NCBI GenBank assembly: GCA_963743345.1
Contig: CAVUPW010000016.1
Coordinates: 506 to 64,505, forward strand
Direction: 5' to 3'
From: an uncultured Solirubrobacterales bacterium
GTDB lineage: Bacteria > Actinomycetota > Thermoleophilia > Solirubrobacterales > Solirubrobacteraceae
Length of the DNA stretch: 64,000 bases
Notes under the pieces: model-generated
Told to the model about the DNA's origin: nothing
Databases searched by the model: none
The model's input: the letters and a program-made list of their open reading frames with translations, nothing else
Program-made: the position numbers and the translations under genes
In this document: positions 9,627 through 22,191 of the stretch, one piece after another
Numbering within the stretch: the first letter of the stretch is position 1
Layout: each line of letters starts with the position of its first letter

Positions 9627-10738
9627 GTGAAGATCTCCTTGGAGCGCGAGGCTCTGCTCCGCCAACTTCAGACCGTGAGCCGAGTGGCCTCGACGCGTAG
9701 TGCAATCCAGGCGCTTTCGGGAGTCCAGCTAGCCGCCCAGTCCGGTGGGTGCGAGCTGCGGGCAACCGACATGGACGTCAGCCTTCGGGTGCCGGTGGAG
9801 GCCGAGGTGATTCGCGAGGGCGTCGGTCGTCCTGCCAGCCCGTCTCCTGCTCGACGTCGTGCGCCTCCTGCCCTCCGCGGAGGTTTCACTCGAGCTGCGG
9901 GCGGCGGAGCAGGACGTCGAGCTCGTCTCCGGAAACGCCACCTTCCACATTCGGACGCTGCGGGCCGAGGACTTCCCGCCGTTCCCGGAGCCGGAGCCGG
10001 ACTCCGCGGTATCGCTCCCCGATGCAGGCGTTCGTCTCGACCGCGCTCAAGGTGGCGAACTCGGCCTCGCGCGACGAGACGCGGCCGGTGCTCACCGGGA
10101 TCCTCGTTTCGGCCTCCGACCGCGAGCTGCGGATGGTCGCCACCGACTCCTATCGACTCAGCGTCAAGGAGACCGCGCTCGAGTCGCCGCTCCCGTCCGG
10201 CTTCGAGGTGAACGTGCCGGCGCGGGCTCTCCAGGAGCTCGCCCGCGTGGCCGGACACGTGGAGGACGAGCAGCTTCGCATCAGCGTGCGCCAGAACCAG
10301 ATCTTGTTCGAACTCGGCGGGATCATCCTGTCCTCCCGACTGATCGACGGTCAGTTCCCCAACTACCGGCAGCTCCTGCCCGAGACGTTCGACCACGAGC
10401 TGCGCCTCGCCGGGTCCGAACTGACCGATGTGGTGCGCCGGATCAGCCTGCTGGCCCAGAAGAACGCGCCGCTGCGCCTTTCCTTCCAGCCCGGCGAGCT
10501 GACGATCTCCGCCCAGACGCCGGACATCGGCGAGGCGCTCGAGTCGCTGCCGGTGTCCTTCCAGGGAGACCCGCTCGAGATCGGCTTCAACCCCGACTTC
10601 CTGCGTGCGGGCCTCGAGGCGATCGAGGAGGGAGATGTGGTCGTGAAGCTGATCAGCCCACTCCGGCCCGGGTTGATCGAGTCCGGAGACGAGAGCCGCT
10701 TCCGCTATCTGATCATGCCGATCCGGCTGAACGTGTAG
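9627..10738 (+). CDS. dnaN: DNA polymerase III beta clamp (two frameshifts near 9826 and 10020, probably sequencing errors)
   Basis: ELRATDMDVS; ASRDETRPVLTG, VATDSYRLS, SRLIDGQFPNY, IGFNPDFL, YLIMPIRL distributed over three frames. Confidence 0.95.
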
Positions 10739-10747
10739 GTGTGCGAT

Positions 10748-11852
10748 GTGCAGGTGCTGACGCTCAGCTTGCGCGACTTCCGCGGCTACCACGAGGCCAA
10801 CGTCGAGCTGGGTGAGGGCCTGACCGTGGTGACCGGTTCGAACGGCGCCGGCAAGACCAACCTGCTGGAGGGCCTCTACTTCGCCTGTACCGGGCGCTCC
10901 TGCCGGACGAGCAACGAGCGAGAGATGATCCGCTTCGGTGCCGGCACCACCCGCACCGTGCTCACCTGCCAGGCCGAGGACGGGCTACACGAGCTCACCG
11001 TCGGCTTCTCGTCCGGTCAGCCGAAGGTCATGCGGGCGGACGGCGCGAGCGTCGAGCGCCTGCTCGATGTGACCATCCGGCCGCTGATCAGCGTGTTCCT
11101 GCCCGACAGGCTCGAGCTGATCAAGGGCGCCCCCGCGCTGCGTCGTGCCCACCTCGACCAGTTCGTCAGCCGCACTGTGGCCCGCCCGTGCGTCGACCCG
11201 CCGTCTTTATGGACAGGCGCTGGCTCAGCGAAACGCGCTGATCGCGCGGATTCGCAAGGGTGCCGCCGGTGTCGCCTCGCTCGCCGGCTGGGATGCCCAG
11301 CTCGCGCGGCATGGGATGGTGCTGATGAGCGACCGCCGCCGGGCGATCGAGCTGATCGCAGCGCCCTTCGGTCGTCTCGCCGCCGCCCTCGGGCTCGAGC
11401 GCGAAGCCGCCGTGGCATACCGACCGCGCTCACAGGCCAGCACGCCCGAGGAGCTCACCGGCGAGCTGGCCGAACGACTGGAGCTCGATCTGGAGCGGGG
11501 CTTCACCGGCCACGGGCCGCACCGGGACGACCTGGCCACCGAGCACGACGGACACGACTTGCGCGCCTATGGCTCCCAGGGGCAGCAGCGGTTGGCGCTG
11601 CTGGCGCTCCTGCTCGCCGAGCGCGAGGCCATCGCCGCCCATCGCCCATCGCCGCCGGTGATGCTGCTCGACGACGTGATGAGCGAGCTAGACCGCGACC
11701 GCCGCCAGGCGCTGGTCGAGCTGCTCCGCTCGACTCCGGGACAGTCCGTGATCACCACCACCGATCTCGAGCACGTGCCCGGCGGCAACGACCCAGACGT
11801 GACCCACCTGGCGGTGTCACACGGAGAGCTGTTGGCCATGGCGCCGCAATGA
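10748..11852 (+). CDS. recF: DNA replication/repair protein RecF (frameshift near 11170)
   Basis: LRDFRGY and GSNGAGKTNLLE; second frame GPHRDDL, YGSQGQQR, LLDDVMSELD. Confidence 0.94.
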
Positions 11853-12157
11853 CTCCCTACCGGCGCAGCCCGCGCCCCATGGCACTGGCCCTCGATCGGA
11901 TTCGCGACGAGCTCGAGCCAGAGAGCCTGCTGGCCGAGGTGCAGCGCGCCTGGCGGGACGCCGTCGGTGCGGCGATCGCCCAGGAGGCGCAGCCGACGGG
12001 GGAGCGCGCCGGGGTGGTCACGGTGTCGTGCGCGGCGTCGGTGTGGGCGCAGGAGCTCGACCTGATGGCACCGGCCATCCTCGAGCGCCTGAACCGGCTG
12101 CTTCGCACCGGAAGCGTCTCACGGCTGCGCTGCGTGACCCTGCCGTCAGGCCTGTGA
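11849..12157 (+). CDS. dciA: DUF721 / DciA helicase-loader family protein
   Basis: WRDAVGAAIA..VVTVSCAASVWAQELDLM..ILERLN; canonical position after recF, with an ATGA overlap. Confidence 0.85.
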   Translation: MTPYRRSPRPMALALDRIRDELEPESLLAEVQRAWRDAVGAAIAQEAQPTGERAGVVTVSCAASVWAQELDLMAPAILERLNRLLRTGSVSRLRCVTLPSGL

Positions 12158-12174
12158 AGCACGTCAAACGGTAT

Positions 12175-12211
12175 GAGGCCGGCGGCGGGCGTGCAGCCCG
12201 CCGCCGGCCTC
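12175..12211. terminator. Bidirectional terminator hairpin
   Basis: 16-bp perfect stem GAGGCCGGCGGCGGGC-gtgca-GCCCGCCGCCGGCCTC between the convergent dciA and S8 genes. Confidence 0.75.
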
Positions 12212-12267
12212 GTCGTTCGTTCCCCCAACCGAAGCTAAGGCGCCGCCGACAGGCGCCGCCGACAAGA

Positions 12268-13956
12268 TCAGTTCAGGGAAGCAGTGTTCCAGGTGGCCAG
12301 GTTCCAGGTCCCGAGGTTCCAGGTCCCGAGGCTCGACTTGACCGTGTCGCCGTTGCCTGCCGAGCAGCTCTTGCAGCTGTAGCTCGAGCCGGCGTATCCG
12401 GCGCGCAGAGCGCCGTTGGTCCGGCTCCACGTGGCGAGGCTCCACGTGCTCAGCGTGTAGTTGACGACGCCCGTCGCGGGGTCGATCAGCTCGTTCGGGG
12501 TGAGCCCCTGATTGGCCACCGGCGGATTCCAGTTGAGCACTGCCTTGACCGCGTTCGGCTCCTGCAGCGACGAGTTGTCGCTCACCGCGTCGCTGGTGAG
12601 GTCACCTTTGACCTGGTCGGGTGTCCATCGGGGGTGCGCCTGGAGCAGGTCGGCCACCAGGCCGGCGATCATCGGGGCCGCCATCGAGGTGCCGCTGGTC
12701 TGAATGTACTGGCCACCCGCGACCTGGCAGTCGCAATTGGTGTTGGCGAACACGCTGCCCGGCGCGAGCACCGACACGATGTGGGCACCCGGCGCGTACA
12801 CGTCCGGCTTCTGGACGCCGTCCTGCGAGGTGCCCGCACTCGACCACGCGGCAACGGCGTCATCGCTCGAATCTGTCGTGCCGTTCTCGTCGAGGCCGCC
12901 GACCGTGATCACGTATGGGTCGTTCGCCGGCGAGTACTGCACCGCGTCCGATTCGCTACCGCGGTTGCCGGCGGCGGCGACGACCACGATGCCGTGCATC
13001 CAGGTGGCCTCGACGGCGGCGTCGAGCGGGTCGGTCTTGTAGGACTGAGGCGAGGCCGCGTCCAGCGACATGTTGACGACGCGGATGTTGTACTGCGCGC
13101 GATGCTCGATCGCGAACTGCAGTCCGTAGATGACGTCGAGCACAGTAGTCGCGCCGGCTTCGTCGGACACCTTGATCGAGATCAGGTTCGCATTCGGCGC
13201 CACGCCGACGTACTGGCCGTGCAGCGCGTCCGACCGGTTGTTCCCGTTCCCGGCGATGATGCCGGCGACGTCGGTCCCGTGGCCATAGTCGTCGGTCGCG
13301 GTGGTGGCGTGCGTGTTGTCGACCGCGCTGACAATCACACGCGAGTGGTTGCCGTAGGCGGAGGCGAAGTCAGGAAGGGAGCCGTCGATGCCGGTGTCGA
13401 TCACCGCAACGCCGACGCCCGTGCCGGCAATACCGACCTTCCACAGCGGCTGGAGACCGAGCGTTTGGGGATAGGTGGTCTGGAGCTGATTACCTGCCAC
13501 ACTCGCGCTACCCGGCATGACAGGGAGGCGGAGGCCGGCGGGCAGGCTCTGAGGGGTCACCGCGCCGTTCAGTGACACCGCATGAACGTCGGGATTCGCC
13601 GCCAGCACCCGCGCCTGCGCGGCGGACAGCTGGATGGCCAGGCCGTGGATGATCGGGAGATTGCCGATGATGCGGCCGTGCGCCTGCACGTCGGCCTGCG
13701 CCTTGGCCTCGCTCACCGGTGCGTTGAACTGAACGATCGCCTGCACGCTCCGGTTCGGGTGATGGTGGGCGAGCGTTGTGATGCGGGGGTCGAGCGGCGC
13801 CGAGGAGACGGCGGCCGTGGACGCCGACGCGTTGGAGGAACCCAGCTGTCCGCTCGTAATCGCGAGCACGATGCACACGGCGAGTGCCACGATGGCGGCG
13901 CCGGCGAGCGCGGACATCCACCGCATGCGGTCGACGATTTGAACTGAACGTGTCAT
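12268..13956 (-). CDS. Secreted S8 subtilisin-like serine peptidase (AprX-like) with C-terminal Trp-pentapeptide repeats
   Basis: Signal/TM helix, I9-like propeptide, and catalytic motifs VAVIDTG, GHGTDVAG, AAGN, SGTSMAAP. Tail LSTWS-LATWS...LGTWN-LGTWN-LATWN. GGAGGT SD precedes the ATG at 13956. Confidence 0.9.
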   Translation of the reverse strand: MTRSVQIVDRMRWMSALAGAAIVALAVCIVLAITSGQLGSSNASASTAAVSSAPLDPRITTLAHHHPNRSVQAIVQFNAPVSEAKAQADVQAHGRIIGNLPIIHGLAIQLSAAQARVLAANPDVHAVSLNGAVTPQSLPAGLRLPVMPGSASVAGNQLQTTYPQTLGLQPLWKVGIAGTGVGVAVIDTGIDGSLPDFASAYGNHSRVIVSAVDNTHATTATDDYGHGTDVAGIIAGNGNNRSDALHGQYVGVAPNANLISIKVSDEAGATTVLDVIYGLQFAIEHRAQYNIRVVNMSLDAASPQSYKTDPLDAAVEATWMHGIVVVAAAGNRGSESDAVQYSPANDPYVITVGGLDENGTTDSSDDAVAAWSSAGTSQDGVQKPDVYAPGAHIVSVLAPGSVFANTNCDCQVAGGQYIQTSGTSMAAPMIAGLVADLLQAHPRWTPDQVKGDLTSDAVSDNSSLQEPNAVKAVLNWNPPVANQGLTPNELIDPATGVVNYTLSTWSLATWSRTNGALRAGYAGSSYSCKSCSAGNGDTVKSSLGTWNLGTWNLATWNTASLN

Positions 13957-13999
13957 TTCAGGGCAACCTCCGTGTCGCAAAACCACTTACCAGTGACCT

Positions 14000-14082
14000 G
14001 ACTGGCGGCTGGGCTGTCTCAATGGTGTGTGAGACCCCTGGCTTTGCGCCCCCGCCTCGCGACGGGTTTGCCCTGAGCAGTC
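14000..14082 (-). ncRNA. c-di-GMP-I (GEMM) riboswitch aptamer, copy 2
   Basis: Minus strand GACTG..CAGGGCAAACCCGTCGCGAGGCGGGGGCGCAAAGCCAGGGGTCTC..GAGACAGCCCAGCCGCCAGTC contains GGCAAACC, a GNRA (GCGA) tetraloop, GCAAAGCC and P1 GACUG/CAGUC. Confidence 0.9.
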
Positions 14083-14093
14083 TTCTCTTCCGT

Positions 14094-14179
14094 GAACTGG
14101 CGGCTGGGCTGTCTCAATGGTGTGTGAGACCCCTGGCTTTGCGCCCCCGCCTCGCGACGGGTTTGCCCTAAGTCAGTCC
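14094..14179 (-). ncRNA. c-di-GMP-I (GEMM) riboswitch aptamer, copy 1
   Basis: 74-nt core (14096-14169) is identical to 14001-14074. P1 is GGACUG/CAGUUC. Confidence 0.9.
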
Positions 14180-14190
14180 TTGTGGGAGTG

Positions 14191-14219
14191 TCATCGGCGC
14201 GAGGCGGCGAGAACCTGAG
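14191..14219 (-). promoter_or_regulatory. sigma28/WhiG/FliA-like promoter upstream of the riboswitches
   Basis: CTCA-N17-GCCGATGA on the minus strand; the predicted start site is just 5' of aptamer 1. Confidence 0.6.
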
Positions 14220-14361
14220 AGCGCATGGACGTATGTATGAGCGCGCGGAATCCGGCGCCTATGGGGGTCGCCGTTCGCCGCGTGCGGGAGCCGGATTCCG
14301 ATAAGGGAATTCGCCGCCGGGGCTTGGCGCGGTGTTGCGCGTATCGAGGCGAATTCCCCGC

Positions 14362-16947
14362 TCAGGCAGCCGTCCGGAGCAGGAGCTCCGGACGCACCGG
14401 CTCGGGACGCCCCAGATGGAAGCCCTGGCCGAGGTCACACTCGAGCATGACCAGCGCGTCGACCTGCTCCTGGGTCTCGATGCCCTCGGCGATCACAGTT
14501 ACCCCGAGCGTGCGTGCGAGCTCGATGATCATTCGCACGAACGAGGCCTCCCGGCCGCCCCGGGCCAGGCCGTCGACGAACGACTTGGCGATCTTCATCA
14601 TGTCGAACGGCAGTGTGTGCAGATAGCTGAGCGAGGAGTAACCGGTTCCGAAGTCGTCGAGCGCAAACCGGGCGCCGAGCTCGCGCAGCTCGCCGATGGT
14701 GGTCGATACGCGCTCGGTCTCGTCGAGCAGGACGGTCTCGGTGATCTCGAACACCAGGCAACGGGGATCCACCTGGGCGACGGAGAGCGTCTTCTGGACG
14801 CGGGCGACGAGATCCGGGTCGCGCAGCTCGACCGCGGACAGGTTGACGTGCACCGCCACGTCGGTCCCAGCGGCGGGACCCGACGCCGCGCTGGCCTGCC
14901 ACCGGCGCGCCTGCTGGCACGCCTCCTCGAGCACGTACTGGCCGAGCGACAGGATGAGCCCGGTCTCCTCGGCCAGCGGCACGAACTCGGAAGGGGCGAC
15001 CAACCCGCGGCGGGGATGCTGCCAGCGCACCAGCGCCTCCTCGGCGACCAGGTCGCCGGTGTCCAGGTCGACGATCGGCTGGAAGTACAGCGTCAGCTCC
15101 TGGCGCTCGATGGCCAGCCGCAGCTCCTCTTTGAGCCCGTGGCGCTCCAGCACCGCGGCGCCCATGCTCGGGTGGAAGACCTGGAAGTGGCCCTTACCGG
15201 TCGTCTTGGCCTTGTACATAGCCACATCGGCGTCGCGGATGAGCTCCTCGGCCGAGAGGTTGCCGCCGTGGCTGGTTGCGATGCCGACGCTCACGTACAC
15301 GGCCACGCTCTCCGAGCCCACGCCGACCGGAAGGACGAACGCCTCCATGATTCGCCGCGCCACCTTGACCGCCGCTGACTCGGCATCGTGCGCGTCCTCG
15401 ACCATCACCGCGAATTCGTCGCCGCCCAGCCGCGCCACCAGATCCTCGGGCCGCAGGCAGGAGCGCAGGCGCGACGCGACCGCGACGAGCAGCTCGTCGC
15501 CGGCCGCGTGGCCGAGGCTGTCGTTGATCGTCTTGAAGTCGTCGAGGTCGATGAACAACACGGCCAGCTCGCCGCGCCGCTCGGCGATCGTCTCCCGCAC
15601 CTTGTCGGTGAACAGCGACCGGTTGGCCAGGCTGGTCAGCGGGTCGTGGTAGGCCTGGTGGTGGAGCTGTTCCTGGAGCACGCTGAGCTGCATGACCGCC
15701 TGCTCGAGGCGGTCGTACTGGAGCGCCACGCTGGCGTTTCCGGCCAGCGTGTCGAGCAGGCGCAGGTCCTCGTGGTCGAACGAGCGCACGACGCCGAAGC
15801 GGTTGGCGAGCATGATCGCGCCGATCACACGCTCCTCGCCGGGTAGCGGCGCCACCACCGCGTGCGTCACCCCGCGCGCCTCGAGGTAGCGCTGTAGGCG
15901 GCCGCCGCCGAACGGGCTGTCGAGCGTGATCGCGCCGCCGCTGCGCTCGAGCAGGTCGCGCATCTCGTCGGCCACGTCGGAGTCGACCGGCTCCATCAGC
16001 TCGCGGTAGTTGCCCGGACCGAGCAGCGTGCGCAGCGACGGGTTCTCCTCGGAGCCGAACAGGATGATCTCGGCCAGCTCGGCGCGGAATGCCTCCAGCG
16101 AGCGGACCAGCAGGCCCTCCAGGGCATGGGCGATCTCGCGCGAGCGGGCCAGCGTGCGGTTCGCCTCGTAGAGGAACTCCAGGCGCTGATGGCGCTCGCG
16201 CTCGGACTGATACGCGCGATAGGCGGCGAACAGGGTCGCGGACGGGACGAGCAGGAGCGGAAGCGCGTGAGGATCGGCCGCGGTGATCACCGCACCACAC
16301 AGCCCGAGGCTGGCGTTGCTCGTCGTCACGACCAGGTCGGTCCCGAGCATGCGCGCGAGCGTCGGCAGCAGCACGACGCCTTCCGAGAGCGAGATCGCGG
16401 CGGCGATCAGCGAGGAGGCGACGATCGCGGACGCCTGGGTGGCGATCAGCGCCGATACCCACGTGCGCGTGTCAACCTCGCCCGTGCTCGTCGTCAGCAC
16501 GTGGACGACGAGGATCGCGATGCACGCGTGCAGCGCGAGTTGGCCCATGTTGAACACGAACTTGACCGGCGGCAGACGCCGGTCGAAGAGCAGAACCAGG
16601 CCGCAGCCGAGCAGGCACCCGAGCACGAACGACTCGGCGCTGCAGAAGATCAGGCCGAACACGAGCGGGATGTCGCCCAGCGAGAACGAGTGTGCCCCGC
16701 GGCGGAAGTGCAGATGAACCACGCAGCGCTCGGCGACTGCGAACGCGATCGCGATCGCCCACCACGGCAGGTGCGGATCGGCGAGCGGCGCCAGGTCATG
16801 CACCGGCCCGGTGTAGAGCGCCACCGCGGTCGCGATCACCGCCGCGTTCAACCACCAGACGGGATGGATTTGCCGCACAGCCCGGAGTGCCCGCGCCGGG
16901 CGCATCGGGGACTTGGGCTGCGGTTCGGTGGCGGTCTCGGGAGTCAT
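14362..16947 (-). CDS. Membrane-anchored bifunctional diguanylate cyclase/phosphodiesterase (multi-TM sensor, GAF-like, GGDEF, EAL)
   Basis: Several TM helices, then HDPLTSLANR, RPED I-site, LGGDEF, EALVRW, FEITE, ALDDFGTGYSSLSYL, AEGIE, GQGFHL. Confidence 0.93.
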   Translation of the reverse strand: MTPETATEPQPKSPMRPARALRAVRQIHPVWWLNAAVIATAVALYTGPVHDLAPLADPHLPWWAIAIAFAVAERCVVHLHFRRGAHSFSLGDIPLVFGLIFCSAESFVLGCLLGCGLVLLFDRRLPPVKFVFNMGQLALHACIAILVVHVLTTSTGEVDTRTWVSALIATQASAIVASSLIAAAISLSEGVVLLPTLARMLGTDLVVTTSNASLGLCGAVITAADPHALPLLLVPSATLFAAYRAYQSERERHQRLEFLYEANRTLARSREIAHALEGLLVRSLEAFRAELAEIILFGSEENPSLRTLLGPGNYRELMEPVDSDVADEMRDLLERSGGAITLDSPFGGGRLQRYLEARGVTHAVVAPLPGEERVIGAIMLANRFGVVRSFDHEDLRLLDTLAGNASVALQYDRLEQAVMQLSVLQEQLHHQAYHDPLTSLANRSLFTDKVRETIAERRGELAVLFIDLDDFKTINDSLGHAAGDELLVAVASRLRSCLRPEDLVARLGGDEFAVMVEDAHDAESAAVKVARRIMEAFVLPVGVGSESVAVYVSVGIATSHGGNLSAEELIRDADVAMYKAKTTGKGHFQVFHPSMGAAVLERHGLKEELRLAIERQELTLYFQPIVDLDTGDLVAEEALVRWQHPRRGLVAPSEFVPLAEETGLILSLGQYVLEEACQQARRWQASAASGPAAGTDVAVHVNLSAVELRDPDLVARVQKTLSVAQVDPRCLVFEITETVLLDETERVSTTIGELRELGARFALDDFGTGYSSLSYLHTLPFDMMKIAKSFVDGLARGGREASFVRMIIELARTLGVTVIAEGIETQEQVDALVMLECDLGQGFHLGRPEPVRPELLLRTAA

Positions 16948-16995
16948 CCGTCAAAGCGTCGACGTCGATCTTGGCCGGCGAGGCCTTCGCACAAG

Positions 16996-17022
16996 CATCG
17001 GCGCGGGCGCGGAAAAGTTGAG
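16996..17022 (-). promoter_or_regulatory. sigma28/WhiG/FliA-like promoter of the GGDEF-EAL gene
   Basis: CTCA-N16-GCCGATG, ending about 50 nt before the ATG at 16947. Confidence 0.6.
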
Positions 17023-17171
17023 GGTGCTGTCCGGGGCGCCGATAGAGGTGTGGTTTGGGCCTTCGCAACACTCCCGAAACCGAACTGTCACATGCGTGCA
17101 ATGTCCTTTCCGTTTCGCACGGTTTGCAGGCAAAACGATCGCGCGCGAGGCCGTGGTTCGGCGGCCTCCTG

Positions 17172-17180
17172 TGCTATCCT
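17172..17180 (+). promoter_or_regulatory. Putative extended -10 promoter of gyrB
   Basis: TGcTATCCT upstream of gyrB. Confidence 0.4.
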
Positions 17181-17227
17181 GTATGGACAATCTTCGACGC
17201 CCCGGGGCGCGCGCCAGGTTGCGCTGA

Positions 17228-19684
<2,457 letters not shown>

Positions 19685-19693
19685 AGGGGCGCG

Positions 19694-22180
19694 ATGGCAT
19701 CGATCGACACCATCGGCGGCGGCAACATCGAGCCTCGCGGGCTCGAGGAGGAGATGCGCTCGGCGTATCTCGACTACGCAATGTCGGTGATCGTCGGGCG
19801 CGCCCTGCCCGACGTTCGCGACGGCCTCAAGCCGGTTCACCGACGCATCCTGTTCGCGATGAACGAGCTGGGCCTGCGCCCGCCCCGCCGGCACGTCAAG
19901 TGCGCGACGATCGTCGGTGAGGTCATGGGCAAGTACCACCCGCACGGGGACTCCGCCATCTACGACACGCTGGCGCGGATGGCGCAGGACTTCTCGATGC
20001 GCTATCCGCTCATCGACGGGCACGGGAACTTCGGCAACATCGACGGCTGGGGCGCGGCTGCCATGCGCTACACCGAGGCCCGGCTCGATCCGCTCGCCAG
20101 TGAGATGCTGCGCGACATCGACCAGGAGACGGTCGACTTCGCGCCCAACTTCGACGGCTCCAAGCAGGAGCCGCTCGTGCTGCCCGCGCGCTTCCCGAAC
20201 CTGTTGGTCAACGGCGGCGCCGGGATCGCGGTCGGCATGGCGACCAACATTCCGCCGCACAACCTGCGCGAGGTGGTGGCGGCGACGCTCGCTTACATCG
20301 ACGACCCGGATATCCAGGTCGAGGGCCTGATGAAGCACATCAAGGGGCCGGACTTCCCGACCGCGGGGACGATCCTCGGGCGTGAGGGAATCCGCGACGC
20401 GTACGCCACCGGCCGCGGGCGGATCCGGGTGCAGGCTAAGGCGCACATCGAGCCGATCGGGCAGGGCAAGGAGGCGATCATCGTCTCAGAGCTGCCCTTC
20501 CTGGTCCGGAAGGGCGGCGACGGCGGCGTGATCGAGAAGATCGCCACGCTCGTCCACGAGAAGAAGCTCTCCGAGATCACCGACATCCGCGACGAGTCGG
20601 ATCGCAACGGGATGCGGATCGTGATCGAGCTCAAGCGCGACGCGATCCCGAAGGTCGTGCTCAACAAGCTCTTCAAGCACACGCCGATGCAGCAGACCTT
20701 TGGCGTGAACATGGTGGCGCTCGTCGACAACGTGCCGCGCACGCTGTCGCTGCGCGAGGTGATCGGGCACTACGTCGACCATCAGCGCGAGGTCATCGTC
20801 CGGCGCACGAAGTACGAGCTGCGCCGCGCCGAGGAGCGCGCCCATGTGCTGGAGGGCCTCCTGATCGCGCTGGCCAACCTCGACGAGGTGATCGCGCTGA
20901 TCCGCTCCTCGCAGACGCCCGAGGTCGCGCGCACCGGGCTGGTCGAGCGCTTCGAGCTGACCGTCGTCCAGGCCCAGGCCATCCTCCAGCTGACCCTGAG
21001 CCGTCTGACCGCGCTCGAGGCCGACAAGATCAAGCAGGAGCACCAGGACCTGATGGAGCGGATCAAGGAGCTCCGCGAGATCCTGGGTGACGAGGGCAAG
21101 ATCCTCGCCTTGATCAAGGAGGAGCTGTCGGAGATCGCCGAGTCCTATGGCGACGACCGGCGCACCGAGATCGTCCACGCCGAGGGCGAGATCGACATCG
21201 AAGACCTGATCGCCGATCAACAGATGGTGATCTCGATCACCCACTCCGGCTACATCAAGTCGCTGCCGCTGTCCACGTATCGCCAGCAGCGGCGCGGCGG
21301 CGTCGGCGTGACCGGGATGGAGATGAAGGACGACGACTACATCGAGCACCTGTTCGTCTCCTCCACCCACGACTACCTGCTGTTCTTCACCAACCGCGGG
21401 AAGGTCTACCGGCTCAAGGTGTACGAGCTGCCGGAGGCCTCGCGCACCGCGCGCGGGCGGGCGCTGGTCAACCTGCTCCCGCTGCGCGAGGGAGAGCGCG
21501 TCCAGTCGGTGCTCGCCACCCGCGACTTCAGCGAGGGCCAGTACCTGGTGTTCGCCACCCGCCGGGGAATGGTCAAGAAGACCGAGTTCGGCGCCTACAA
21601 CACGCCGATCAAGGCCGACGGGATCATTGCGATCAACATCCGCGAGGATGACGAGCTCGTCGCGGTGCGGCGGACGAGTGGCCACGACGACATCATCATG
21701 GTCTCGCGCTCGGGTCAGGCGGCGCGCTTCAACGAGGATCAGGCTCGCCCGATGGGGCGCGACACGAGTGGCGTGCGTGGCATGAACGTCTCGCAGGCGG
21801 GCAACGCCGTGCTGGCGATGGACGTGGCGCGCGACGACCAGGAGCTGCTCGTGGTGACCGAGAACGGCTACGGCAAACGCACGCCGATCCCCGACTATCC
21901 CGTCAAGGGCCGCGGCACGATGGGCGTCAAGACGATCACCCTGACGGAGAACAAGGGAGCGCTGGCCGGCGCGCTGGTCGTGCGCGAGCACCAGGAGTTG
22001 GTCTTCATCTCCCAGAACGGCATGGTCCAGCGCACGTCGGTGCGCGGCATCAACCGCTACGGCCGCGCCTCGCAGGGCGTTCGCGTGATGAACATCCGCG
22101 ATGACGACCAGGTGAGCGCGGTGGCGCTGGTGGTCGAGTCGGAGGCATCGACGGCGGCGGCGGTGGCGGAAGACGAATAG
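19694..22180 (+). CDS. gyrA: DNA gyrase subunit A
   Basis: [41 protein letters not shown], and the GyrA-box QRRGGVG. Confidence 0.98.
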   Translation: MASIDTIGGGNIEPRGLEEEMRSAYLDYAMSVIVGRALPDVRDGLKPVHRRILFAMNELGLRPPRRHVKCATIVGEVMGKYHPHGDSAIYDTLARMAQDFSMRYPLIDGHGNFGNIDGWGAAAMRYTEARLDPLASEMLRDIDQETVDFAPNFDGSKQEPLVLPARFPNLLVNGGAGIAVGMATNIPPHNLREVVAATLAYIDDPDIQVEGLMKHIKGPDFPTAGTILGREGIRDAYATGRGRIRVQAKAHIEPIGQGKEAIIVSELPFLVRKGGDGGVIEKIATLVHEKKLSEITDIRDESDRNGMRIVIELKRDAIPKVVLNKLFKHTPMQQTFGVNMVALVDNVPRTLSLREVIGHYVDHQREVIVRRTKYELRRAEERAHVLEGLLIALANLDEVIALIRSSQTPEVARTGLVERFELTVVQAQAILQLTLSRLTALEADKIKQEHQDLMERIKELREILGDEGKILALIKEELSEIAESYGDDRRTEIVHAEGEIDIEDLIADQQMVISITHSGYIKSLPLSTYRQQRRGGVGVTGMEMKDDDYIEHLFVSSTHDYLLFFTNRGKVYRLKVYELPEASRTARGRALVNLLPLREGERVQSVLATRDFSEGQYLVFATRRGMVKKTEFGAYNTPIKADGIIAINIREDDELVAVRRTSGHDDIIMVSRSGQAARFNEDQARPMGRDTSGVRGMNVSQAGNAVLAMDVARDDQELLVVTENGYGKRTPIPDYPVKGRGTMGVKTITLTENKGALAGALVVREHQELVFISQNGMVQRTSVRGINRYGRASQGVRVMNIRDDDQVSAVALVVESEASTAAAVAEDE

Positions 22181-22191
22181 CGGCCGCCGGG

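Noticed and set aside
5985-11852. Frameshifts in yidC, dnaA, dnaN and recF read as pseudogenes or programmed frameshifting
   Set aside because: dnaA, dnaN and yidC are essential, and all four genes are otherwise intact. Similar 1-nt indels recur across the window (ASST1, FlgD-like, GT2), which points to long-read sequencing errors.
10739-12157. Apparent RecF-DciA fusion ORF (472 aa)
   Set aside because: Artifact of the recF frameshift. dciA has its own ATG overlapping the recF stop.
14001-14169. 74-bp direct repeat as a CRISPR array or as a cGAMP (GEMM-Ib) riboswitch
   Set aside because: Only two long copies, no cas genes, and a clear GEMM fold. The discriminator base is G, not A.
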